A stretch of DNA of 42,968 nt from Gemmatimonadales bacterium. GTDB taxonomy: Bacteria > Gemmatimonadota > Gemmatimonadetes > Gemmatimonadales > Gemmatimonadaceae. Every line of letters begins with the position of its first letter. The first letter of the stretch is position 1. Under the pieces are notes generated by a model. It was not told the DNA's origin. It saw only the letters and a list, made by a program, of their open reading frames with translations, and searched no databases. The position numbers and the translations under genes were made by a program. The DNA lies in NCBI GenBank assembly GCA_038316215.1, contig JBBQAK010000001.1, positions 1-42,968 on the forward strand, in the 5' to 3' direction. Below, piece by piece: positions 8,853 to 19,013 of this stretch.

Positions 8853-11073
8853 GCACGCGGCGCGGCAGCGCGTCGAGGCGGTCGCGCAGTACCAGCACGC
8901 CGACCAGTACCACGAGACCGACGCCGAGCATCACCCACTTGGATGTGGCCATCATGTAGCGCGCCGCGATCGTGTGCTGCCCGGCGGGGAGATCGAATCC
9001 GATGTAGACCGGCGACACCATGTACGTGGGCACCGGCGTGCCGTCCACCGTGACACGCCAGTTCGGGTGATACGTGGTCTTGAGAATCAACGACGACGGC
9101 GACTGACAGTCGACCACGAGATCGATGATGCCGGCTTCGACATGCTCCGACAACGTGCGGCCGCCACCCGGGCATCCACCGGTAGGCGCCGACTGGCCGC
9201 TTGGTCGGCGGAAATCCCAGCGGATAAACTGCTTTGCCGCCGGCCCTGCGCTGTTCGACCACGCCTCGACGCCGCGCAGCAGGTCGAGTTGCGAGCTGGC
9301 CGCCCGACGCTCCACGACGGCGCCGTAGGTGGCGATGCCGGTGGTCGCGACGCGATACACCGTGTAGCGCGGCGTGCGGGCGAACGGCATCATGAAGCGA
9401 TCCACCGGCGCACCGCTGGGGAGTGCCACATAGCGCACGTCGAGTAGGTCGTACTGCGCCGGTTCGCGGTCCCGAAAACTCACAACCATATCGGCGTTGA
9501 GCGATAACCCCTGAAACAACGGGGCCACCGCCGGTTGTCCGCGATCCTTCAGCACGTCGTAAGCGCGAATAAGCGGACCGATGCGCCACTGCTTTCCACC
9601 GTTGCTGGCGAGGCCCATGTAGGCGCGACCACCGGGTTGCGCGGCAATGGTATCGAGCACCGTGGTTAGATCCGGATCGGCGTTCAGTGCCGCGCGGGTA
9701 GCGGTGATGGCGCGACCATCGCGCCCAAAGAACGCGGCCCGGTCGATCAGTGCGGGTGAGAGAAGCGCCAGCACCACGAACAACGCCAATACCGAGGCGC
9801 CGACCGATCGCGGACTCGATGGGGCATCGCCGTCGTGCACGCGCCCCAGACGCCGGTCCGCAATCGCGCGCCAGATCCACTCACCGGCCACCCCGATCGA
9901 CAGCATCGAGAACAGGTCGAGGACGCCGATGAAGCGAAACACGAGGTGACCGTCGTAGCGCAGAAATCTTCCGAACGCGTTGACCTCCGTCGGACGAATC
10001 TGATACAGCATCAGCCACGCCACCGTGCCGACCATGGCCACGCGCGTGGCGCGAGTCCGCAACAGCGCCGCCGATACGACCCCGACCATCGCCATCCCCG
10101 TGAGCACTGGCAGGCGGCCCTCATCCATCAGCCGACCGACGAGCCACTTCACCATCGGGCGTAGTCGGTTCGTGCCAGCGGCTTCGATTCCGGGGAACAT
10201 CGCCAGATACGTCCCCGAGCTCGTCGCGAACGGCACCAACATATACGACGCGATGGCGATCGACAGCACGCCGACCGTACCGAGACGGATGGCATTGGCC
10301 AGCCAGTTCTGCCGCGTAGAGAGCAGCAGCCAGAGCATCACACCGGTCATCGCCATCATGTACGACCAGATGAAATGCGATAACGCGAGGGCGACCAGCG
10401 CGATGATCGTACCGGCATATCCGCGACCCGTCCGCATGAGCCGATACAGACCGGCCATCGCCACGAGCGAGAGATGCTCGGCCCAGAGTTGCGTGAACAA
10501 CCCGCGGCCGATCCAGAGTTGTCCGTCGAGTGCCAGTCCGAATCCGTCCCGATTGGCAAACAACAGCGACACGGCGGCACTCACGGCCGCCGCGCGCGAC
10601 GAGAACTCCATGCGCCGCATCGACCAGTACACGGTGAGCGGGAAACCGATCGTCAGGGCGAAGCGCACCACGTCAAAAACCGTGCGAAGCTCAACCAGCC
10701 CGAACAGCAGTCGATGCAGCCCGGCGACCACCAGATGCGGCAAATTCTGGTAGTACAGGAACTGCGGATATCCCAGCTCAATCTGCGGCATCCAGAAATC
10801 GAGCGGATTTCGCCAGTTCGCCATCTCGCGACTGGCGCCGACCACCATCTGCCAGTGCAACGCGAGGTCATTGCCCGCGGGCACCGGGGTGGTCAGCTCG
10901 GGTAGCAACTGGAACGCCGTCATGATCATCGGCAGGAGCACGAGCACGCTCAGTAGCACGCGCTCCCAGTCGAACGCCGCGCTCGGCGACCCGACGCTCG
11001 GCGACCCGACGCTCGGCGACCCGATGGACGCGCTCGGGTCCGCGGCTCCGCGCTTACGACGCTGCTTGCTCAT
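8830..11073 (-). CDS. Polytopic membrane protein, GT-C-like (PTPS_related/YfhO-like)
   Basis: Many TM helices. The first loop carries NDLALH and LGYPQFLYYQNLPH. The C-terminal YHPNWRVTVDG...GFDLPAGQHTI segment is YfhO-like and is followed by a final TM. Confidence 0.7.
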   Translation of the reverse strand: MSKQRRKRGAADPSASIGSPSVGSPSVGSPSAAFDWERVLLSVLVLLPMIMTAFQLLPELTTPVPAGNDLALHWQMVVGASREMANWRNPLDFWMPQIELGYPQFLYYQNLPHLVVAGLHRLLFGLVELRTVFDVVRFALTIGFPLTVYWSMRRMEFSSRAAAVSAAVSLLFANRDGFGLALDGQLWIGRGLFTQLWAEHLSLVAMAGLYRLMRTGRGYAGTIIALVALALSHFIWSYMMAMTGVMLWLLLSTRQNWLANAIRLGTVGVLSIAIASYMLVPFATSSGTYLAMFPGIEAAGTNRLRPMVKWLVGRLMDEGRLPVLTGMAMVGVVSAALLRTRATRVAMVGTVAWLMLYQIRPTEVNAFGRFLRYDGHLVFRFIGVLDLFSMLSIGVAGEWIWRAIADRRLGRVHDGDAPSSPRSVGASVLALFVVLALLSPALIDRAAFFGRDGRAITATRAALNADPDLTTVLDTIAAQPGGRAYMGLASNGGKQWRIGPLIRAYDVLKDRGQPAVAPLFQGLSLNADMVVSFRDREPAQYDLLDVRYVALPSGAPVDRFMMPFARTPRYTVYRVATTGIATYGAVVERRAASSQLDLLRGVEAWSNSAGPAAKQFIRWDFRRPSGQSAPTGGCPGGGRTLSEHVEAGIIDLVVDCQSPSSLILKTTYHPNWRVTVDGTPVPTYMVSPVYIGFDLPAGQHTIAARYMMATSKWVMLGVGLVVLVGVLVLRDRLDALPRRVLTSVPSA
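10981..11025. repeat. 15-bp tandem repeat x3 (GCTCGGCGACCCGAC) encoding (V/I)GSPS repeats
   Basis: Read directly. The third copy differs at its last base. Confidence 0.9.
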
Positions 11074-12112
11074 CCGCCGCGAGTGGAGGGAGTCCGACGG
11101 CGCCAACCTGCCGTTTGTGTGTCACGATCGCCCACGCGGCGCCCAGTCCGCTTTCGGCGTAGTACAGCAATCGCAACGGGGCCACACCGAGAGCGAACAG
11201 AAATCCGCGACGATTCGCGAACCACAGCAGCAGCGCGGCGTTGCCAAGCAGTACCACCACCACGCAGAACGCGGCGACGTATGCCAGTGCGTTGTTCGAC
11301 AACACAAGTGCACCCACCAGGGCGACGATCGAGAGCGCGGTAAAGCCCGTGTAGAGCTTCTCTCTCACCCGGAGGTTGAGCGGCCCGCGCTGCATCGCTT
11401 CGCCGCGACGTAGAATGAGGTGCATCCAGGGAATGGCGCGCTCTCGCAGATCGGTGCGCACCATGTTGCGGAAGGTCCAGCGCTTGAGGTGCTTGCCCTG
11501 TAGATCTGGGTCGAGCAGGATGCGCGCACCGTACTGGCGCAAGCGATAGCCAAGCTCGATGTCTTCGATCTGCGGCCGCGGATATTGTGCCGCGTCGAAG
11601 CCGCCGATCGCCAGAAATATCGCACGTCGTACGGCGCCACAGCCGGCCCAGAAGGTATCGGCGCTACCAGGGTGGAGCGTATGGACATAGCGATGCAGGA
11701 GGTTGCGGTACTGCGAGATGAAACCCGCCTCCGACGGCGCGTCATCGTACGCACCGAATGCCGCACCGAGTGTGGCATCATCGGCAAAGTGCGCCGCAAA
11801 GCCGCGCAGCGTGGTCGGTGCCACGACCACGTCGGCGTCAATGAACACCAGCACCGTGCCAGCGGCCGCCGCGGCTCCCAGGTTGCGGGCGTGTGCCGGG
11901 CCACGCGGACCGTCGGACACCCGCAGCACGCGGTCAGCCATCGCGCGCGCAACGCCGGCCGTATCGTCGGGGCTGCCGTCATCCACGACAATCAGCTCCC
12001 ACGACGCGCGCGGCAGATCGCTGGCGTGCAGCCCCTGCAGACACTGTTGGAGGTACGCTTCGCAGCGGTAGGCCGGTACCACCACCGAAAGAAAGGGCAC
12101 GGCAGTTCCCAC
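11054..12112 (-). CDS. Glycosyltransferase family 2 with C-terminal TM helices
   Basis: SVVVPAY, VVDDGSPD, ARNLG, FIDAD (DxD) and IEDIELG motifs, plus a hydrophobic C-terminus. Confidence 0.92.
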   Translation of the reverse strand: MGTAVPFLSVVVPAYRCEAYLQQCLQGLHASDLPRASWELIVVDDGSPDDTAGVARAMADRVLRVSDGPRGPAHARNLGAAAAAGTVLVFIDADVVVAPTTLRGFAAHFADDATLGAAFGAYDDAPSEAGFISQYRNLLHRYVHTLHPGSADTFWAGCGAVRRAIFLAIGGFDAAQYPRPQIEDIELGYRLRQYGARILLDPDLQGKHLKRWTFRNMVRTDLRERAIPWMHLILRRGEAMQRGPLNLRVREKLYTGFTALSIVALVGALVLSNNALAYVAAFCVVVVLLGNAALLLWFANRRGFLFALGVAPLRLLYYAESGLGAAWAIVTHKRQVGAVGLPPLAADEQAAS

Positions 12113-12149
12113 TACGGGCGCGGTTTCACGTCGGCGATCCCGAACGTGC

Positions 12150-13154
12150 TCATTTCTCCGCAGCGCTTGCCAGCCCCGCTCCGCCGATCAAGTCTGGCAC
12201 ATCACCGCTCGCGAGCAGCGTGTCGAAGTACGCGATCGTGCTCGCCAGGCCGAGTTGCATGGAGACGGTCGGCTCCCACCCCAAGACGCTTCGCGCCTTC
12301 GTGATATCCGGCTGACGCTGACGCGGATCATCAGGCGGCAGTGGACGACGTACCAGCTTGGACCGCGAGCCCGTGAGTCCGATGATGGTCTCGGCCAACG
12401 CCCGCACCGTGCACTCTTCGGGGTTGCCGATGTTGATCGGCCCGACGACCGTATCCGGCGTCTGCATCATGCGGTGCAGCCCGTCGATGAGATCGCTCAC
12501 GTAGCAGAACGAACGCGTCTGCTCGCCGTCGCCGAACAGTGTGATGTCGTCGCCGCGTAACGCCTGCATGATGAAATTGGACACCACGCGTCCGTCGTTC
12601 GGATGCATGCGCGGTCCATAGGTGTTGAAGATGCGCACGACCTTGATGCGCACCTGATCCTGATGGTAGTAGTCGAAGAACAACGTCTCCGCGCATCGCT
12701 TGCCTTCGTCGTAACAGGAGCGTGGGCCGATCGGATTGACGTTGCCCCAGTATGATTCCGTCTGCGGGTGCACGATGGGATCACCGTACACCTCCGACGT
12801 GGACGCCTGCAGGACCTTCGCGCGCAACCGCTTTGCCAGCTCCAGCATGTTGATCGCGCCGAGCACGCTGGTCTTGGTCGTCTGCACCGGATCGTGCTGG
12901 TAGTGCACAGGAGACGCCGGGCACGCGAGGTTGTAGATCTCGTCTGCTTCCACGCTGAGAGGCATCGTGACATCATGCCGCAGCAGCTCGAAGCGCTTGT
13001 TGTCGAGGAGATGCTCGACCCCGCGCCGCGAGCTGGTGAAGAAGTTGTCGACACACAGCACCTCGTGCCCCTGCGACAGGAGGAGCTCGCACAGATGCGA
13101 CCCGAGAAATCCGGCGCCGCCTGTGACGACGATCCGTTTTGGTGCGACAGGCAT
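12150..13154 (-). CDS. uxs: UDP-glucuronate decarboxylase (UDP-xylose synthase), extended SDR
   Basis: [35 protein letters not shown] and [10 protein letters not shown] motifs. Start at MPVAPK. Confidence 0.93.
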   Translation of the reverse strand: MPVAPKRIVVTGGAGFLGSHLCELLLSQGHEVLCVDNFFTSSRRGVEHLLDNKRFELLRHDVTMPLSVEADEIYNLACPASPVHYQHDPVQTTKTSVLGAINMLELAKRLRAKVLQASTSEVYGDPIVHPQTESYWGNVNPIGPRSCYDEGKRCAETLFFDYYHQDQVRIKVVRIFNTYGPRMHPNDGRVVSNFIMQALRGDDITLFGDGEQTRSFCYVSDLIDGLHRMMQTPDTVVGPINIGNPEECTVRALAETIIGLTGSRSKLVRRPLPPDDPRQRQPDITKARSVLGWEPTVSMQLGLASTIAYFDTLLASGDVPDLIGGAGLASAAEK

Positions 13155-13262
13155 GCGCGACGACGGGCGAGGGGGGCAGGCGACCAGCGTAGCGAAAAAT
13201 GGCGGACTCCGGCTCACAATGGCACCCGCCGTGTCAGCCGCGCCGGGCAAGGCGACTGGTCC

Positions 13263-14468
13263 TCAGCGGGTACGTTGCGGAGGGGCTGGCTTCATCGCTG
13301 GCTTCATCGCTGGCTTCATCGCTGGCTTCGCTACGCCCCGCCGTCCGAAATACAGCACATTCGGCGCCTCGGAGCGCCCGGCCGCGATGTCCACCTGACC
13401 ATCCATATCCACGTCGCCGATCGCGAAGCCGTACACCGTCCCTTTGCCGTCGCCGAAGTACACCGGCGCGAACGTCGCGCCCATATGGATGTACGCCACT
13501 GATGGCGCCGTGACGTAGCCCACCACCACATCGGTCACGCCATCGGCGTTCAGATCGCCAACGGCCAGCGCGTAAGGGGCCGTCTTCTCCTGTCCCAAGG
13601 ACACGCCAGCGGCAAAACCGCCCTCACGCGTGCCCGCGTAGAGCGAGAGCCCGTTGGCTTCGTCGATGGCCACCAGATCCACCAGGCCGTCACCATTGAA
13701 ATCGCCCGCCTCCGACGCGCGGATCGCCGCGTCGGCCGGACCGAACGGCACGCCCGTGAATGCCGGCTCGGCGCCGGTGCGAGGCTGCTGCAGGTACACC
13801 ATGCTCTGTCCACCATCGCGGTGCGGCACGATCAGATCGACGAGTCCGTCGCGGTTCACATCGGCCGGCGTGATCGTCGTGGCCGACTCCCGCGAGAAGC
13901 GCAGGCACTGATCGTCGAACCGTCCGCCCCCGCGATTCAAGCAGATGTAGTTGCCGCCAAGGTTCGGGCCGGACCGATTCGCCACAATAATGTCCGGCCA
14001 GCCATCGCCATTCATGTCGGCCACGCTGGCGTTGCGCGTCGCCCACTCGGCCTTACCGAAGGTGGAGCCCACGGTAAAGTGCCCCGTGCCGTCGTTCAGA
14101 TACACCAGGCTCGGATCCGGACGGTCGTTGCTGAGCACCACGTCGAGATCGCCGTCGCGGTCGAGGTCCACCAGTCGAGCCGCATACGACCGGTCGGAGG
14201 CCGTACCCAGGTCGTACGCCGGCGCGAAGCCGCCTCTGCCGTCACCCAGCAGGACCCGGTCCACCAACGGCCAATGGCGTCCCTTGGCCAGCACGATATC
14301 CGGCTTGCCGTCGCCGTTTACGTCACCGATGCTGGCGTTCGCCGACGTCTCGGAGGTGGTTTCCAGCTGCCGCACGCGGTCGAACTGCGGCAGTGGAGCT
14401 TGGGCGCCCACTGCGGCGAAGGGCAACGACAACGCGAGGAACACGGCGGCGGTACAGGATGTGCGCAT
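13263..14468 (-). CDS. Secreted FG-GAP/VCBS repeat beta-propeller protein
   Basis: About seven Dx(N/D)xDG repeats (DVNGDG, DLDRDG, DMNGDG, DVNRDG, DFNGDG, DLNADG, DVDMDG). Signal peptide from MRTSCT. Confidence 0.88.
   Translation of the reverse strand: MRTSCTAAVFLALSLPFAAVGAQAPLPQFDRVRQLETTSETSANASIGDVNGDGKPDIVLAKGRHWPLVDRVLLGDGRGGFAPAYDLGTASDRSYAARLVDLDRDGDLDVVLSNDRPDPSLVYLNDGTGHFTVGSTFGKAEWATRNASVADMNGDGWPDIIVANRSGPNLGGNYICLNRGGGRFDDQCLRFSRESATTITPADVNRDGLVDLIVPHRDGGQSMVYLQQPRTGAEPAFTGVPFGPADAAIRASEAGDFNGDGLVDLVAIDEANGLSLYAGTREGGFAAGVSLGQEKTAPYALAVGDLNADGVTDVVVGYVTAPSVAYIHMGATFAPVYFGDGKGTVYGFAIGDVDMDGQVDIAAGRSEAPNVLYFGRRGVAKPAMKPAMKPAMKPAPPQRTR
13285..13329. repeat. 12-bp tandem repeat x3.75 (GCTGGCTTCATC) encoding a KPAM tail
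   Basis: Read directly. The C-terminus of the FG-GAP protein reads KPAMKPAMKPAMKPAP. Confidence 0.9.
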
Positions 14469-14543
14469 GCCACAACCTGCGGCGCGCCGGCCTCCGTCGC
14501 CAGCGCACCGCGCCTCCGCCGCCGACTCCACACCCATCGTCTC

Positions 14544-14572
14544 TTGCAATAGGGGTGGGGGGTATACATATT
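14544..14572 (+). promoter_or_regulatory. Sigma70-like promoter with a G-tract operator (CsoR/RcnR-family-like) upstream of copZ
   Basis: TTGCAA-17 nt-CATATT. The overlapping motif ATAGGGGTGGGGGGTAT is a G-tract flanked by inverted ATA/TAT. Confidence 0.65.
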
Positions 14573-14623
14573 TCCAGAAGGCGGGCGAACGCGCCGCTGG
14601 TCACCACTTCAAGGGGAAGGCAG

Positions 14624-14833
14624 ATGGACAAGCTCACGATGCAGATCACCGGCATGACCTGCGGCCATTGCGTGGCCGGTGTGACCCGCGCGCTCAAGGG
14701 CGTGCCCGGCGTTACCGTCGACCAGGTCGCGATCGGCACCGCCTCCGTGGCCTACGACCCCTCGGCGACCACGCCAGCAGCCATCGCCCTCGCGGTTGAG
14801 GAAGAAGGCTACCACGTGGCCTCAACCACCTGA
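14624..14833 (+). CDS. copZ: Copper chaperone (HMA domain)
   Basis: 69 aa with GMTCGHC. Purine-rich RBS AAGGGGAAGG. Confidence 0.93.
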   Translation: MDKLTMQITGMTCGHCVAGVTRALKGVPGVTVDQVAIGTASVAYDPSATTPAAIALAVEEEGYHVASTT

Positions 14834-14846
14834 TTCCGGAGCCAGT

Positions 14847-14969
14847 ATGACCGGCACCGAGTGGCTGGTGGCGATGGCCGGGGTGGCCCTGATCTGTTGG
14901 ATCAACTGGTACTTCTTTCTGGCCGGCAAGACCACGCCCGTGAAAGACGTACCCAAGGACACCCTATGA
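14847..14969 (+). CDS. 40-aa single-pass membrane protein between copZ and copA
   Basis: [47 protein letters not shown] at 14838-14841; ATGA overlap with the copA start. Confidence 0.75.
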   Translation: MTGTEWLVAMAGVALICWINWYFFLAGKTTPVKDVPKDTL

Positions 14970-17371
14970 CCGCGACGATGACCACCGAGCATCGCACGAT
15001 CCGCATCCCAGTCACCGGGATGACGTGTGCCGCTTGTCAGTCGCGCATACAGCGTACGCTGCAGAAGCAACCGGGCGTGGACGACGCGACGGTGAACCTG
15101 ATTCTCAACGACGCCACGATCACCTTCGACCCGGCCGCGACGTCGCCCGAGGCGCTCGTGGACGTGATCCGCGACGTGGGATACGGCGCGTCGCTCGCGG
15201 CCCCCGACCAGACGGCGCTCCAAGAGCAGAACGCGCGCGACGACGACGCCGCGACCGAGTATCTCACCTTGCGCCGCAAGGCGATCGTGAGTGGCATCGT
15301 GGGCCTGTTCGCCATGATCATCTCGATGCCGCTCATGAGTCAGCTGGCGGCCACGATGCACACGGCCGGCGGCGCCTCGAATGTCGGCGATCCGTTCATG
15401 CGCTGGACCATGACGGTGTTCGACCCCGCGCTGCGCCGTGTGGCGCCGTGGATGTACGCGATCGACCCGCGTGTCACGACGTGGCTCCTGCTCGCGCTCA
15501 CGCTCGGCGTGATGACGTGGGCCGGTCGGCATTTCTACACCGGCGCCTGGGCCGCTTTCCGGCACCACGCCGCCGACATGAACACCCTCGTGGCCGTCGG
15601 TACCGGCGCTGCCTTTTTGTATTCATTGCTGGCCACGGTGGCGCCCGACTTTTTCGTACGCCGAGGCGTGGCACCCGATGTGTATTACGAAGCGGTCGTG
15701 CTCATCATCGCGCTGATTCTCACCGGCAACATGTTCGAGGCACGCGCCAAGCAGCGCACGTCGTCAGCGCTGCGCGCCCTTGTGCATCTCCAGCCCAAAA
15801 CTGCACGCGTGCTGCGCGACGCCGTTGAACTCGACGTCCCGGTGGAGGACGTGATCGCCGGCGACACCGTGATCGTGCGTCCCGGCGAACGGATTCCAGT
15901 GGACGGTGCCATTCTCGCCGGTACCAGCGCGGTAGACGAAAGTATGCTGACCGGCGAATCAATGCCGGTTGCAAAAGCCGTTGGGGATCGCGTGATCGGT
16001 GGCACCATGAACGCCACCGGCGCCTTCCGCTTTCGCGCCACGACACTTGGCGGCGACAGCGTGCTCGCGCAGATCGTGCAGCTCATGCGCGACGCGCAAG
16101 GCTCGCGCGCCCCGATTCAACGCCTCGCCGACCGCATCTCCGGCATCTTCGTGCCGATCGTGATGTCGCTCGCGGTCGTCACCTTCGTGGTGTGGTTTAT
16201 TGCCGCGGAGAATGCGCCAGCGGTGCGCGCGTTTGCGGCATCGGTGGCCGTGCTGATTATCGCGTGCCCCTGTGCCATGGGGCTCGCGGTACCAACGGCG
16301 GTGATGGTGGCCACCGGCAAGGGCGCCGAGCTCGGTGTCCTCATCAAGGGTGGCGAGGCGCTGCAGCGCGCGGGTGATCTCAATACCGTGGTGCTCGATA
16401 AGACTGGCACGGTAACCGAGGGCAAGCCGACGGTGACCGATATCGTCGTGGCGCCCGAGGGCGCGTTCGTGCAGCGCGAGGACGCCTTACTGCGATTGGT
16501 GGCATCGCTCGAATCACGCAGTGAGCACCCGTTGGCCGACGCTATCGTGGGCTATGCGCGGGCTCAAGGACTGTCCGTCGTGGAGCCCGACGCGTTTGAA
16601 TCGCAAACCGGACGCGGCGCAATCGGCGTCGTGAACGACGCCGACACCGCCTTCGCGGTCGCGGTTGGCAACGCCGCCTTGATGGCCGACTACGCGGTCG
16701 ACACGGCATCGCTGCAGGCCGATCTGGATCGTCTTGCCAACGATGGTAAAACGCCGATGTTGGTGGCGGTCGATGGCGTACTCGCCGGCCTGATCGCGGT
16801 GGCCGATCCCATTAAGGAGAGCTCGCGGGCGGCGATCACGCAGTTGCACGCCATGGGGCTCGATGTGGTGATGCTGACGGGCGATAATCAGCGCACGGCT
16901 GATGCGGTCGCCCGCCTGGCCGGCGTCGATCGTGTCGTCGCCGGTGTGCTGCCGGCGGGCAAGGTGGCGGAGATCGTGCGCCTGCAGGCGTTGGGTCGCG
17001 TGGTGGCCATGATCGGCGACGGCATCAACGATGCCCCGGCACTGGCGCAGGCCGATGTCGGCATGGCGATCGGCACGGGCACCGATATCGCCATCGAGGC
17101 GGGCGACATTGTGCTGATGCGTGGCGATCTGAGAACCGCGGCCCAGGCGATCGCGCTCTCGCGCCGCACCATGCGCACGATCAAGCAGAATCTGTTCTGG
17201 GCGTTCATCTACAACGTGATCGGCATTCCCGTGGCAGCGGGCGTGCTGTATCCCGCCTTTGGACTGCTGCTCAGTCCAATTCTGGCCAGTGCCGCGATGG
17301 CATTCAGCTCGGTCAGTGTGGTGTCGAACAGTCTGCGGCTGCGGCGGTTTGCGTCGGCGTTGTCATCGTAG
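14966..17371 (+). CDS. copA: Cu(I)-exporting P1B-1 ATPase
   Basis: GMTCAAC metal-binding domain, [29 protein letters not shown], and YN and MAFSS in the late TMs. Confidence 0.96.
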   Translation: MTATMTTEHRTIRIPVTGMTCAACQSRIQRTLQKQPGVDDATVNLILNDATITFDPAATSPEALVDVIRDVGYGASLAAPDQTALQEQNARDDDAATEYLTLRRKAIVSGIVGLFAMIISMPLMSQLAATMHTAGGASNVGDPFMRWTMTVFDPALRRVAPWMYAIDPRVTTWLLLALTLGVMTWAGRHFYTGAWAAFRHHAADMNTLVAVGTGAAFLYSLLATVAPDFFVRRGVAPDVYYEAVVLIIALILTGNMFEARAKQRTSSALRALVHLQPKTARVLRDAVELDVPVEDVIAGDTVIVRPGERIPVDGAILAGTSAVDESMLTGESMPVAKAVGDRVIGGTMNATGAFRFRATTLGGDSVLAQIVQLMRDAQGSRAPIQRLADRISGIFVPIVMSLAVVTFVVWFIAAENAPAVRAFAASVAVLIIACPCAMGLAVPTAVMVATGKGAELGVLIKGGEALQRAGDLNTVVLDKTGTVTEGKPTVTDIVVAPEGAFVQREDALLRLVASLESRSEHPLADAIVGYARAQGLSVVEPDAFESQTGRGAIGVVNDADTAFAVAVGNAALMADYAVDTASLQADLDRLANDGKTPMLVAVDGVLAGLIAVADPIKESSRAAITQLHAMGLDVVMLTGDNQRTADAVARLAGVDRVVAGVLPAGKVAEIVRLQALGRVVAMIGDGINDAPALAQADVGMAIGTGTDIAIEAGDIVLMRGDLRTAAQAIALSRRTMRTIKQNLFWAFIYNVIGIPVAAGVLYPAFGLLLSPILASAAMAFSSVSVVSNSLRLRRFASALSS

Positions 17372-17602
17372 CCTTGGGGACCACGCGAACGCCATCGGCC
17401 GTCGCGCGGGATTCCCGCGGGTCGAGCGTACACAGGGCGCCGGCTTCGGACCGACGGCATCGCGGCCGTCCGAGCGCGCAACTAGGCGCGAGGTGGGCCC
17501 AGTCGCTAGTTTCAGCACGATGTCCATGTGGCGCGTACTCCGCGTACGTCCCCCGCCCGATGGAATGCTGTTGAACGCCTGCCGGTCTCCTTCGTCCTTA
17601 CG

Positions 17603-17968
17603 ATGAGCCCCTACGTCACCTTCCTGCTGTATCTGCTGGCGATTGTCGGATTTCTGGGACTTGTGCTTACGCTGAACGCGTGGCTCGGTCCCAAACCGGC
17701 GATGACGAGCACCAAACTCGAGCCGTTCGAATGTGGTGCAACGCCCGTGGATTTCGTGAACGTGAAGGCCGTGCCCATTAAGTATTACGCGGTGGCCATC
17801 ATTTTCATCCTGTTCGACCTCGAAACGATGTTCTTGTTCATCTGGGCCCTTGGCGCCAAGCCGCTTTCGGGATTCCTGATGTTCACGCTGGCGCTGTTCA
17901 TCTTTCTGCTGGTCATCAGCCTGCTGTACGTCTACAAGGCGCGCATTCTGGAAGCGGTGACGGAGTAA
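17603..17968 (+). CDS. nuoA: NADH-quinone oxidoreductase subunit A
   Basis: PFECG, FILFDLE and 3 TMs; first gene of the operon. Confidence 0.95.
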   Translation: MSPYVTFLLYLLAIVGFLGLVLTLNAWLGPKPAMTSTKLEPFECGATPVDFVNVKAVPIKYYAVAIIFILFDLETMFLFIWALGAKPLSGFLMFTLALFIFLLVISLLYVYKARILEAVTE

Positions 17969-17970
17969 TC

Positions 17971-18510
17971 ATGTACGGTAAACCGCTTCCCATCGTGGAC
18001 GCCTTGGGCTCGCCAGCCGCGCCCACCCACACCAAGCATGCGTCGTTCGAGTACCTCACGACGCGCAAGGACGAACTGGTGGGCTGGGCGCGCAAGTTCT
18101 CGCTGTTTCCCTATCCGTTCGTGACCGCCTGCTGCGCCATGGAGTTCATGGCCGTCAGCGCGTCGGCGTACGACACCGACCGATTCGGCGCCGCGCTCCC
18201 GCGCTTCTCGCCGCGGCAGGCCGACCTGCTCATGGTCGTCGGCACGGTGACGCAGAAACAGGCGCCGATCCTGCTCAAGGTGTACGAGCAGATGTGCGAG
18301 CCGAAGTGGGTCATGGCCTTCGGCGTCTGCGCCACGTCGGGCGGGTTCTATCAGAACTACGCGTCGCTCCCCGGCATCGACCGCATCATTCCGGTCGACG
18401 TGTACGTACCCGGCTGTCCGCCACGCCCCGAGATGGTGATCGACGGCATCATGCAGCTGCAGGAAAAGATCGCCAACGGCAAGCACCTCATCGTGAACGA
18501 GTCGTTTTGA
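17971..18510 (+). CDS. nuoB: NADH-quinone oxidoreductase subunit B
   Basis: ACCAMEFM, SPRQAD, GVCA and VPGCPPRPE (N2 ligands). Confidence 0.97.
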   Translation: MYGKPLPIVDALGSPAAPTHTKHASFEYLTTRKDELVGWARKFSLFPYPFVTACCAMEFMAVSASAYDTDRFGAALPRFSPRQADLLMVVGTVTQKQAPILLKVYEQMCEPKWVMAFGVCATSGGFYQNYASLPGIDRIIPVDVYVPGCPPRPEMVIDGIMQLQEKIANGKHLIVNESF

Positions 18511-18518
18511 TCGTGACG

Positions 18519-19013
18519 ATGCCGATCCTGGATACCGTCGCGCAACAACTCACGCCGAGCACCGGTATTGAGTCGCAGGGGGTGCAGCATGGCGTGCTGG
18601 TATTGCACCTCGAGCCGGCCGCGCTGCTACCGGTGGCAACCCGCCTCAAGTCGGAGTTCGCCTTCGATCTGTTTCTTGACGTGACCGCCATCGACTGGCC
18701 CGACGCCCCGCTGCGCTTTGACGTGGTGCACCATTTCTACTCGACCACGCACAAGGTGCGCGTGCGCCTGAAGACGCGCGTCGGTGTCGACGACCCGACG
18801 GTCGACTCGTTGACGTCGCTGTACGGATCGGCCGGCTACATGGAGCGTGAGTGCCACGACATGTACGGTATCGTATTCCGCGGCAACGACGACCTCCGAC
18901 CGATTCTGCTGTACGAAGGCTTTTCGGGACATCCGCTGCGCAAGGATTACCCCAAGCAGCTGGAGCAGCCGCTGGTCCCCTACCGTCCACCGCAGGGTAC
19001 CCTTGTCCGCTAG
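18519..19013 (+). CDS. nuoC: NADH-quinone oxidoreductase subunit C
   Basis: DVTAID, ERECHDMYGI and GHPLRKDYP motifs. The start may be GTG 18513. Confidence 0.94.
   Translation: MPILDTVAQQLTPSTGIESQGVQHGVLVLHLEPAALLPVATRLKSEFAFDLFLDVTAIDWPDAPLRFDVVHHFYSTTHKVRVRLKTRVGVDDPTVDSLTSLYGSAGYMERECHDMYGIVFRGNDDLRPILLYEGFSGHPLRKDYPKQLEQPLVPYRPPQGTLVR

Noticed and set aside
10981-13329. Tandem repeats as CRISPR arrays or phase-variation switches
   Set aside because: There are no spacers and no cas genes, and unit lengths are multiples of three within coding sequence.
14861-14965. Extended N-termini in the ORF track (copA, nuoC, nuoD, sulfatase, ABC-F and others)
   Set aside because: They overlap upstream genes or lack homologous character. 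Downstream starts have an RBS or stop/start coupling, or coincide with the start of the recognisable domain.
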